Positions 29,912-37,604 of a stretch of 64,000 bases of DNA are shown piece after piece (within the stretch, counting starts at the first letter, position 1; every line of letters starts with the position of its first letter). Under the pieces are notes generated by a model. It had not been told where the DNA came from, made no database searches, and worked only from the letters and a program-made list of their open reading frames with translations. Position numbers and translations under genes: made by a program. This stretch comes from a virus (Duplodnaviria; Caudoviricetes): IMG/VR virus record IMGVR_UViG_3300022661_001261, positions 595-64,594 of that record. One strand, 5' to 3'.

Positions 29912-30592
29912 ATGTTCAAGGTTACTCAATCAGATACCCCGGCGGACTACGCTGTGGACGCTTGTTTCGTGCGCCTTGCCAACAACGGGTGCTATGTTCC
30001 CTGTGAACAGAGCGACGCGGACGGTGTGTGCGTAAAGAAACACATCACACGAGAAGTAGTGCGAGAGGCGGAGGACGGAACGGAAATCACAGAAACCGTC
30101 AGCGGTTTCGAGGACACCGTTTACCGCTTTGGCGACAACCTCAACAATACCGAGCCTGTCGGCAGTATCGAAGAACACAGCGACGATGAACTCTTTGCCG
30201 AAAACAAAGACAACGCGGAGGAAACCGAGAAACTCAAAACGGCTCTGTCAATTCTTTCTCCCAAGAGGCTGAAAGAGAGATACCCGGTTTTTGAAGCGGG
30301 ACAGAACTACGGTGTAGGCACATTGCTTATGTACGGAGGCAGTTTGTTCACGGTGTTACAGGCGCACACCTCGCAGGAGGACTGGACTCCGACAGCTGCT
30401 CCAAGCCTTTTTGCACAGGTGTTGTCGAGTCAAATTACAGGCGACATTCAAGAGTGGGTACAGCCCGAAAGCACCAACCCGTATATGACGGGCGATAAGG
30501 TGATTTTCAACGGCATTACCTACGAGAGCGTTATCGACAATAACGTATGGTCGCCCGCAGATTACCCGGCCGGTTGGATTGTTTCAAATTAA
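29912..30592 (+). CDS. Tail-associated protein with CBM5/12-like carbohydrate-binding repeats
   Basis: VLQAHTSQEDWTP, WVQPESTNPYMTGDKV.FNG.TYES.IDNNVWSP..YPAGW; aggagg RBS. Confidence 0.75.
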   Translation: MFKVTQSDTPADYAVDACFVRLANNGCYVPCEQSDADGVCVKKHITREVVREAEDGTEITETVSGFEDTVYRFGDNLNNTEPVGSIEEHSDDELFAENKDNAEETEKLKTALSILSPKRLKERYPVFEAGQNYGVGTLLMYGGSLFTVLQAHTSQEDWTPTAAPSLFAQVLSSQITGDIQEWVQPESTNPYMTGDKVIFNGITYESVIDNNVWSPADYPAGWIVSN

Positions 30593-30610
30593 CCGCGCAA
30601 AGGAGGCACT

Positions 30611-30823
30611 ATGACACAGTTAGAGATTATAGACCACCTTTGCTCGGTTGTAGAAAAGCAATCCCAAATTATACGAGAACAGGCCACATTCATCGAGGAG
30701 CAGCTCACCGTCGATGAAGCGATAAAGGAGGGCTTTGCAAAGCAAAGGGAGGTCGTAGACGATGAGTTGGACCTCGTAGAAGTCGGGTTAAGGCCTTTCC
30801 ACAACACGGCGGAAAGGAGGTAA
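30611..30823 (+). CDS. Small coiled-coil hypothetical protein
   Basis: aggagg RBS; in operon. Confidence 0.6.
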   Translation: MTQLEIIDHLCSVVEKQSQIIREQATFIEEQLTVDEAIKEGFAKQREVVDDELDLVEVGLRPFHNTAERR

Positions 30824-30828
30824 ACCCG

Positions 30829-31167
30829 TTGGAAACAGTTGACATCATAATCAAAATCGCCGCTCTAATAGGTGCTGTTGGAGGCATTTGGGCGGTGGTT
30901 TACGCAATTATCAAGTGGTTTCAGAAGCAGGAGAAGCAATCCGCGGACATCGCCGCTCTGAAAGAATTGCATAAAAAAGACATCGAGGCAACGCAAAAAA
31001 AAGAGTCGGAAGACCTAAAAGCGATAAACGACGAACTGTGCGTATTGAGTTACGCTATGCTCGCCGCCCTCGACGGCTTGAAGCAACAGGGCTGTAACGG
31101 AGAGGTTACAAAGGCGCACGACCGTTTGGAAAAGCACCTAAACCAAAAAGCACACGACCAATTTTAG
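30829..31167 (+). CDS. Membrane protein of the lysis cassette (holin/XhlA-like, 1 TM)
   Basis: N-terminal hydrophobic helix then coiled coil; aggagg RBS, TTG start. Confidence 0.6.
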   Translation: METVDIIIKIAALIGAVGGIWAVVYAIIKWFQKQEKQSADIAALKELHKKDIEATQKKESEDLKAINDELCVLSYAMLAALDGLKQQGCNGEVTKAHDRLEKHLNQKAHDQF

Positions 31168-31184
31168 GAAAGGAGGCGGTTGCC

Positions 31185-31493
31185 TTGAAAAAGGACGACT
31201 CACAAAAGAGGCGTATCGGAATTATGGATATTATTCTCATATTTATCGCAATAACGCTAATCGCTTTTACGGTGGTTATGATACGCACCTTTTGGCTTTA
31301 CGGGGCAATCCCGGACACGCTTTGCCAATGCGTTTTTGCCGTACTCGGAACGGAGTGCGGGGCTATGGCGTGGATAAAAACCACGAAAGAACGCTACAAG
31401 GAACGCAAATGGCAAAAACAAGATGAAGCCGAAGCAAAAGCGGAGGCGGAAAAACTCTCCCAAGCGGAGAGAGAAAGTGAGGACAACCTATGA
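31185..31493 (+). CDS. Putative holin (2 TM, charged tail)
   Basis: Two hydrophobic segments; highly charged C-terminus; overlaps the endolysin start. Confidence 0.6.
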   Translation: MKKDDSQKRRIGIMDIILIFIAITLIAFTVVMIRTFWLYGAIPDTLCQCVFAVLGTECGAMAWIKTTKERYKERKWQKQDEAEAKAEAEKLSQAERESEDNL

Positions 31494-33154
31494 TGAAAAG
31501 TACAGAATTTGTTGCAAAGTTAAAAGACATCGCAACAAAGCACAAAACGCTGTATGTTATGGGGTGCTTCGGCGCACCTATGATTACAACCCCTTATGAC
31601 AATATCACCCGCTACACCACAAACCACGACTACAACACGGACGCGGACCGTGTGGCGATGATTAAAGCAGCTGCAAACAAAACCCCTGCGGTATTTGGTT
31701 TTGACTGCGTATGCCTTATCAAGGGCGTACTTTGGGGGTGGGACGGCAACGCCAAAGCAAGGTACGGCGGAGCGGACTACGCCATTAACGGCGTACCCGA
31801 CATCGGCGCAGACAGTATGATTACAAAGTGTTCCAATATTTCGACCGACTTTTCAAACATCGTTCCCGGAGAGGCGGTATGGATGAAAGGACACATCGGC
31901 GTTTACATCGGGGACGGCCTCGCTGTTGAATGTACGCCGAAATGGGATAACTGCGTACAGATTACCGCGTGTAACTGTACCAAGAGCGGCTACAACCGCC
32001 GTAATTGGACGAAGCACGGAAAACTCCCTTATATCGAGTATGTTAAGGAGGAAAAACCCGCTACGGTAACCGGGTATGCAAGTACAGGCACGGCCGCAGA
32101 CGAAAAGACCATTTGGGACTACCTTATGAAGAAAATCGGAAACGCCTTTGGCGTAGCCGGACTTATGGGAAATCTTTATGCGGAGTCGGCTCTGAAATCC
32201 AACAACCTCCAACAGACCTACGAAAAAAGTTTGGGCTACACCGACACCTCCTACACGGCGGCGGTCGATAACGGCTCTTACGGTAATTTCGTAAAGGACG
32301 CGGCCGGCTACGGACTCGCCCAATGGACCTATTGGAGCAGAAAGGAAAACCTACTCAATTTTGCAAAGAGTGCGAAAAAGAGTATCGGCGACCTCGGTAT
32401 GCAACTCGATTTCCTTTACAAGGAACTGAACGAGGGCTACAAAACCTCGGTGCTTAATGTTCTGAAAACCGCGACCTCTGTTCTCGCAGCCTCCAATGCG
32501 GTGCTGTTGAAGTTTGAGCGTCCCGCAAATCAGAGCGAAAGCGTACAGGCAAAACGCGCGGAGTACGGTCAGAAATATTATGACAAGTACGCCGGAGCAA
32601 AGCCCTCCGCACCCGAAACCACCAAACCCGCAAACGGCGATGTTGTTTATACCGTAAAGAGCGGCGACACGCTCTCCGCTATCGCCTCGAAGTACGGCAC
32701 TACATATCAGAAACTTGCGGAGTACAACGGTATTGCAAACCCGAATGTTATCAGAGTGGGACAGCAAATCAAAATCCCCGGCAAGAGTACAGCCCCGGCG
32801 AATAAGCCGGAGGCAAACACCGCAGAAACCGTATACACCGTCAAGAGTGGCGATACACTCTCCGCTATTGCAAGAAAATACGGTACAACCTATCAGAAAC
32901 TCGCCGCCTATAACGGTATCAGCAACCCGAACAAAATCAGCGTCGGTCAGAAAATCAAGATACCCGGAACGGCAAAGACGGAGGCAAAGCCCAACACCGG
33001 GCGCACCTACACCGTCAAGAGAGGCGACAGCCTTTGGGGTATTGCTCAAAAGCAACTCGGTAACGGCTCACGCTACACGGAGATTAAGACGCTGAACGGT
33101 CTGAAATCCAATACCATTACGGCAGGGCAAGTGCTGAAACTCCCCAACAAATAA
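31490..33154 (+). CDS. Modular endolysin: NlpC/P60-CHAP-like peptidase + phage-tail-lysozyme-like domain + 3 LysM
   Basis: FDCVCLIKG...GHIGVY; GNLYAES...GYGLAQWT; three YTVK(S/R)GD LysM repeats. Confidence 0.9.
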   Translation: MMKSTEFVAKLKDIATKHKTLYVMGCFGAPMITTPYDNITRYTTNHDYNTDADRVAMIKAAANKTPAVFGFDCVCLIKGVLWGWDGNAKARYGGADYAINGVPDIGADSMITKCSNISTDFSNIVPGEAVWMKGHIGVYIGDGLAVECTPKWDNCVQITACNCTKSGYNRRNWTKHGKLPYIEYVKEEKPATVTGYASTGTAADEKTIWDYLMKKIGNAFGVAGLMGNLYAESALKSNNLQQTYEKSLGYTDTSYTAAVDNGSYGNFVKDAAGYGLAQWTYWSRKENLLNFAKSAKKSIGDLGMQLDFLYKELNEGYKTSVLNVLKTATSVLAASNAVLLKFERPANQSESVQAKRAEYGQKYYDKYAGAKPSAPETTKPANGDVVYTVKSGDTLSAIASKYGTTYQKLAEYNGIANPNVIRVGQQIKIPGKSTAPANKPEANTAETVYTVKSGDTLSAIARKYGTTYQKLAAYNGISNPNKISVGQKIKIPGTAKTEAKPNTGRTYTVKRGDSLWGIAQKQLGNGSRYTEIKTLNGLKSNTITAGQVLKLPNK

Positions 33155-33339
33155 TGCTGAAATGTTCGACTTGTGGCAGGGCGATACAGGAGGTTAAGCC
33201 CTGCCCCTATAACGACCGTTTCGGTCCGACGTGCGACGACTGTTGTGAGGATTGCTTTAAGAGCGAGCCATTCCCTTGCCCGGAACACGACAGGAGGCGC
33301 AAACAAAAATCTAATATGAAACAGGAGAATTCGCTATGA
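33154..33339 (+). CDS. Small Cys-rich (putative Zn-binding) protein
   Basis: CSTC, CP, CDDCCEDC, CPEH; TAATG overlap with the endolysin stop. Confidence 0.5.
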   Translation: MLKCSTCGRAIQEVKPCPYNDRFGPTCDDCCEDCFKSEPFPCPEHDRRRKQKSNMKQENSL

Positions 33340-33764
33340 AAGAATTTATGTTCACCCTTTTACAGGGTATTTTGTCAGTCGCTATCCCCCTCGCTACCGC
33401 CAACCTCGTTGCTTTCTTGAAGAGAAAGTCCGCACAGGTAGCGGCGCAGACCGAGAACGAAAGAGCGCAACACCACCTCGGCGAAATCACCAACGCGGTT
33501 ACGACCGCAGTTACGGCGACCTCGCAGACCTATGTTGACGCGCTGAAAGCAGAAAACGCCTTTACCAAAGAGGCGCAGTTAGAGGCTCTCCAAAAAGCGA
33601 AAAACACAGCCCTTTCTATTTTATCTCCCGCAGCGGCGCAATTCATCGCCGATGTGTACGGCGACCTCAACGAATACCTAACCGCAAAAATTGAGGAAAC
33701 CGTCAGAGTACAGAAGACGGAACAGGGACTCTTACTCCCCGCCGTTCTCGATACAACCGAATAA
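33336..33764 (+). CDS. Holin-like protein (LL-H type)
   Basis: N-terminal TM; AVTTAVTATSQTYVDALK; IEETVR. Confidence 0.7.
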   Translation: MKEFMFTLLQGILSVAIPLATANLVAFLKRKSAQVAAQTENERAQHHLGEITNAVTTAVTATSQTYVDALKAENAFTKEAQLEALQKAKNTALSILSPAAAQFIADVYGDLNEYLTAKIEETVRVQKTEQGLLLPAVLDTTE

Positions 33765-33770
33765 CACCCG

Positions 33771-33814
33771 CCCCTCTATCGGAAACCTCCCCCGGTAGAG
33801 GGGTTTTTCTTTTT
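33771..33814 (+). terminator. Intrinsic terminator ending the late operon
   Basis: Stem cccctctatcgg / ccggtagagggg followed by tttttcttttt. Confidence 0.8.
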
Positions 33815-34045
33815 ATAAGAAACAAAGAACGCCGTAGAAGCCATTTATTTGACCTCTACGGCGATTTTGTTGTTTATAAAGGAAACGGAGGGGCTACACT
33901 CGAAACTGCGAAATACGCCCGCTCTGCGACGCAGGAGAGGGCAAAGAAAGCAATCCGCTCCATAAATGCTGACTTTCGGGACGGCATATTTCAAAAACAG
34001 AGAATTTATGGTATAATATTACAATTAAAAATCGAGGAGGAGCGT

Positions 34046-34561
34046 ATGAAAAGAACAATCACGCTTATATTGATATTCGCCCTCGCAGCTACGCTCTGTT
34101 CCTGCGGAACGTCAGAGCAAGAGCCGGAGGAAACGCGTATTGATAATTACACCTACGAGCAAGAGAAAAACATCGAAAATGCAATCAAGGGCGAAATGAG
34201 TCAATACGGCTTTAATTATTCAATATTCGCCCACGAAAACAGTAACGGAGTTATAGACATTTCGCTAACGCTACACAGAGCCTCAACGGGTGCTGACGGG
34301 GTGTTTGCTGATACGGTATGTTGGTGCATCGCCGCAGCCAAAAAAGCAAAAAAGGAAACGCCCTTTGAACTCGGAGAGTTGAGAGCCTCGTTTCTTCTCT
34401 ACGACGGACCGCTCGACGGAGAAGCTGTTGGAACAATGAGTTACACTTCAAGAGACCTCGAAAAAGGCAATGTGTTCTGTACCGGGGAGAACTTTGATAG
34501 CGTAAGAACAAAGACAGGAGCAACAGCAGAAGAAATAAAAGAATGGCTCACAAACGAATGA
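34046..34561 (+). CDS. Putative lipoprotein moron
   Basis: MKRTITLILIFALAATLCS-C lipobox; own TG-n-TATAAT at 34009-34017 and own terminator. Confidence 0.75.
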   Translation: MKRTITLILIFALAATLCSCGTSEQEPEETRIDNYTYEQEKNIENAIKGEMSQYGFNYSIFAHENSNGVIDISLTLHRASTGADGVFADTVCWCIAAAKKAKKETPFELGELRASFLLYDGPLDGEAVGTMSYTSRDLEKGNVFCTGENFDSVRTKTGATAEEIKEWLTNE

Positions 34562-34563
34562 CA

Positions 34564-34588
34564 AAAACCGCCCTTTTTGGGCGGTTTT
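34564..34588. terminator. Bidirectional intrinsic terminator
   Basis: aaaaccgccc-ttttt-gggcggtttt. Confidence 0.75.
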
Positions 34589-34640
34589 GCTATTCCTTAA
34601 AAATATTTTGGAATTTATTGAAAAAATTTTGAAAAAACAC

Positions 34641-34669
34641 TTGACTTTTGCGACCGCAAATGTTATAAT
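34641..34669 (+). promoter_or_regulatory. Sigma-A promoter with palindromic operator in the spacer
   Basis: TTGACT-N17-TATAAT with extended TG; spacer contains TTTGCG-ac-CGCAAA. Confidence 0.8.
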
Positions 34670-34723
34670 TAAGATACAGTCAAGGGAAACCGAGGCGAGT
34701 ATGGCAAGAGAAAGGGAAACGGT

Positions 34724-34864
34724 ATGGACGAGCAAATGAATGTTGGCGAAATGCTCCGAGAGGTTACAGAGGAAAATCAGACAAGAAAAATCCTCGAAAT
34801 TATGCGTGAGTGCAAAGACCTCGACGAGGCCATAGAAAAGGTAAAGGCTCTACTTAACAAGTAA
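34724..34864 (+). CDS. 46-aa helical protein (not in ORF track)
   Basis: MDEQMNVGEMLREVTEENQTRKILEIMRECKDLDEAIEKVKALLNK; aaaggga RBS; downstream of the strong promoter. Confidence 0.65.
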   Translation: MDEQMNVGEMLREVTEENQTRKILEIMRECKDLDEAIEKVKALLNK

Positions 34865-34962
34865 GCAGAGCCAAATGGTAACCACCAAAGGGAAAGCGGA
34901 ACTTGCCTCCGCTTTCTCAAAGGGGGTGTAAACATTATATCACAGTTTTTTCAAAAAGGCAA
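34835..34962 (-). ncRNA. Putative antisense sRNA 1 with its promoter
   Basis: Minus-strand TTGCCT-N17-TATAAT (34962-34934, extended TG); hairpins at 34892-34916 and 34846-34872, then a U-rich tract. Confidence 0.5.
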
Positions 34963-35015
34963 GAGAAACGGAGGAAAATGTTACGGCTTATGTAAAAAAA
35001 GGAACTAACCCAAGA

Positions 35016-35183
35016 ATGGGACGTCCCACAAAAAACCCCCGAAATATAGACCTCAAAATCAGACTTTCAGAAGCAGAAAACGAAATGTTAAACAAGTGTG
35101 CTGCGGCGACTGGAAGAACGAGGACAGATGTTATAGTAAAAGGGGTATCAATGGTTTACAAAGAACTGAATAAAGGTCAGTAA
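35016..35183 (+). CDS. Ribbon-helix-helix (CopG/Arc-like) regulator (not in ORF track)
   Basis: MGRPTKNPRNIDLKIRLSEAENEML...TGRTRTDVIVKG pattern; start uncertain. Confidence 0.65.
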   Translation: MGRPTKNPRNIDLKIRLSEAENEMLNKCAAATGRTRTDVIVKGVSMVYKELNKGQ

Positions 35184-35297
35184 AAACGAAAACTGCACCG
35201 AGGTCTACTTTGGACGGCAGCCTCGATACAGTTTGGGACCGCAGGAGCAAAGCCCTTTGGTATTTATTATTATATCAAAAACATACGCTCCTGTCAA
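35182..35297 (-). ncRNA. Putative antisense sRNA 2 (~80 nt) with its promoter
   Basis: Perfect minus-strand TTGACA-N17-TATAAT (35297-35269); 14-bp stem 35190-35234 whose two mismatches become G-U only on the minus strand; U tract follows. Confidence 0.65.
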
Positions 35298-35337
35298 GAT
35301 GAACACAGAAAATCATTATTTGAAAGGAGCATATTTT

Positions 35338-35805
35338 ATGAAAACTTACAAAGAGGCGTTTGTCTACTACGAGGATACAGAATTGCACCCGGAGATACAA
35401 GAAGTATCGGAACTCGAAATCAAAATGGAGAGGCTTTGCGCAGACCTCAAAAAGGTGCTGAACGACGACACGATATACCAACTTGATAGCCTCGTAGGAG
35501 AGATTGCAAGAGCCTACGAAATGCAGGGGTTTGCGTTTGCTCAAAATGTTCTCGACTTCAAAGAAACGGACGAAAAACTCCGAGCCGAAAACATTGAGCA
35601 ACGCAGACCAAAGAAGAAAACCAACTCCACCGGGAAAAACGGCATACCGACAAGAGAGGTTACAAGCTGCGGATTTACAAAGACGATTTCCGAGTGGAAG
35701 AAATTTCTTGACTGCTCTATGGGTACATTATACACGCACCTCAACAGAGGGCCAAAACATTTCGATACTTGGGTACAGGGACGAATGGCTATCGTCAGAG
35801 TCTAA
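35338..35805 (+). CDS. Hypothetical protein with C-terminal HTH-like DNA-binding segment
   Basis: aaggag RBS; TKTISEWKKFLDCSMGTLYTHLNRG. Confidence 0.6.
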   Translation: MKTYKEAFVYYEDTELHPEIQEVSELEIKMERLCADLKKVLNDDTIYQLDSLVGEIARAYEMQGFAFAQNVLDFKETDEKLRAENIEQRRPKKKTNSTGKNGIPTREVTSCGFTKTISEWKKFLDCSMGTLYTHLNRGPKHFDTWVQGRMAIVRV

Positions 35806-35842
35806 TTTTTTTACAAGCCTATGACACGATACGGGACACAAA

Positions 35843-35858
35843 TGTTCCACGTGAAACA
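35843..35858. promoter_or_regulatory. parS-like site
   Basis: TGTTCCACGTGAAACA, exact match to the Bacillus Spo0J/ParB consensus TGTTNCACGTGAAACA; intergenic. Confidence 0.7.
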
Positions 35859-35891
35859 ATTTTACCCCAAATAGGGACAGGAGGAAACATT

Positions 35892-36242
35892 ATGGCATAC
35901 GAAAGCAGAATTTACATCGTCAATGTAACAGGAGATTACAACAGCCCATACGCACAGCCCATTATGGAATATGACCTTTGTTATATTACCCCGGACAGCG
36001 GTTTTAGAAACCTTTTTAGAGAGCCTATCGACTTTGAGATTTTCGTAGACGACAACACCGCAACCGATACCGACAAATACGGCGACCACCTCAAAGCGGG
36101 TGATTTGCAGGAGATTATTGCTTGGCTCGAAGCGTGGCCCGAAACAAAGACATACAGGCGCGTCCCGCCGTTCCTTGCGGCCCTCAAAGCGTTCGACCCC
36201 GGAGAATGGGAAAATCTAAAAATCGTCCACTTTGGTTATTAA
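35892..36242 (+). CDS. Hypothetical protein
   Basis: ggagg RBS; co-oriented cluster. Confidence 0.65.
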   Translation: MAYESRIYIVNVTGDYNSPYAQPIMEYDLCYITPDSGFRNLFREPIDFEIFVDDNTATDTDKYGDHLKAGDLQEIIAWLEAWPETKTYRRVPPFLAALKAFDPGEWENLKIVHFGY

Positions 36243-36255
36243 GGAGGAAAACGCG

Positions 36256-36687
36256 ATGAACGCATACGAAGAAATGAAGCAAAGACAGCAACAGGAGGTC
36301 AACGCCTTTCCGATGTTCTTTGCGTTTAACAATAAGGCTCTCACGGAGGGTCTTGCGAAACTCGGACTCGAAGCGACCGACACCGACAAGATTTGCCACA
36401 TCGGCGGAGGCGGATATATCAGAAAAACCGACCTCCCGGAACTCAAAGCAATGCTATCTCGCCACCGCGAGGAGCGGGACGCAGCTGCAAAGGCGGACAC
36501 CGCCGGAACGGGCTTTGCCTACTATATGTTCTTTACAGAATTGAATAATCACGAGTTTGGGTACACAGGCGAATACGAGGAAACCCTCGAAGCCCTCGGC
36601 TATACGCAGGAGGACCTCGACACACACCCTGCGCTCCAAAACGCATTTACAAACGCCACAGCAAAAATACTCGGTTGGGAGGGGTAA
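36256..36687 (+). CDS. Hypothetical protein
   Basis: aggagg RBS; FPMFFAFN...IGGGGYI, ELNNHEFGYT. Confidence 0.7.
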   Translation: MNAYEEMKQRQQQEVNAFPMFFAFNNKALTEGLAKLGLEATDTDKICHIGGGGYIRKTDLPELKAMLSRHREERDAAAKADTAGTGFAYYMFFTELNNHEFGYTGEYEETLEALGYTQEDLDTHPALQNAFTNATAKILGWEG

Positions 36688-36691
36688 CAAT

Positions 36692-37174
36692 ATGGAAATC
36701 AAAATCACGGTAGAGCGTCGCAGAGGCTCGGTAACGCAGGGTATGGTAGATGTACTCATCAACGGCGAAAAGGTTATGGACTTTGGGGACACAATCGAAC
36801 TGATTAAACCCGGAGAAGAATACCACGGCCCTATCATCGGCGGTTGGGCGAGCAAGACCCCGGACACCGCTTTCGTCCTCGGTATGCTTTACCACCCACA
36901 CGACGACATATATCATATAAGCGATAAGGTCAAAAATGCCCTCGAAAAAATCAAGGCACAGGAGGAACGGGCTGCCCCGGTATTCACAGAGTTGCAGAGA
37001 GTTGCTCAAAAACAAGGGTGGCCGATGAAAATTAAGGCGCGTGGCGAGGTTGCGTACCTCGTAGACGTGCAGAGGCTCACGGGGAACGACATCGCTCCTA
37101 TCTACCGTTTCCCCGGAGGCGATAGTGTTGTAAGCGACGACGAACTGACTCCTTACACAGAGGAGGACAAATAA
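36692..37174 (+). CDS. Hypothetical protein
   Basis: ggagg RBS; phage-like codon usage. Confidence 0.65.
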   Translation: MEIKITVERRRGSVTQGMVDVLINGEKVMDFGDTIELIKPGEEYHGPIIGGWASKTPDTAFVLGMLYHPHDDIYHISDKVKNALEKIKAQEERAAPVFTELQRVAQKQGWPMKIKARGEVAYLVDVQRLTGNDIAPIYRFPGGDSVVSDDELTPYTEEDK

Positions 37175-37184
37175 TAAAGGGATA

Positions 37185-37460
37185 GTTTTCGGTCCGAAAA
37201 AGCAGTTTTCTCCCCGAAAAAAATCAGAGCGGAGAAAAACACCCACAAAAGACGCACATAACACATCAAAAAGCACCATTTTCGCAGACTCACGGAAAAG
37301 GTAAAATCGGGACGAAAACCTCTTTTTGGAGGGGTTTTCTCCCCGAAAACCGAGTTTCAGACCCGAAAACTCATACAAAACGGGGTTTGCGGCGATTTTC
37401 GGGAAATCAATCCACAAAGTATAGTATAGTATACGAAATTAAAAAAGAGTAAAGGAGATA
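37185..37460. repeat. Non-coding cluster of CCGAAAA / TTTTCTCCCCGAAAA repeats plus an AT-rich pentamer run (ori-like)
   Basis: GTTTTCTCCCCGAAAA at 37205 and 37334; further ccgaaaa copies; agtatagtatagtata near 37418. Confidence 0.55.
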
Positions 37461-37512
37461 AGAGTACACATATATTGGCGCAGACACACGCCCCAAAACA
37501 GGACGGCGTTTC

Positions 37513-37564
37513 TCATTGATAACATAGCGGTACGTATTCGTCTGTTCCAAGATGTTATCAATGA
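37513..37564. other. Putative attP for the large serine integrase
   Basis: 13-bp perfect inverted arms TCATTGATAACAT / ATGTTATCAATGA spanning 52 bp, just downstream of the integrase stop. Confidence 0.65.
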
Positions 37565-37604
37565 CAAAAGAGAGCGGACAGCCCCGGAGGACCGTCCGCA
37601 GGAG

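Noticed and set aside
33830-33863. Inverted repeat cgccgtaga/tctacggcg after the late terminator
   Set aside because: Short stem with a large loop, no U tract, and no function I can support
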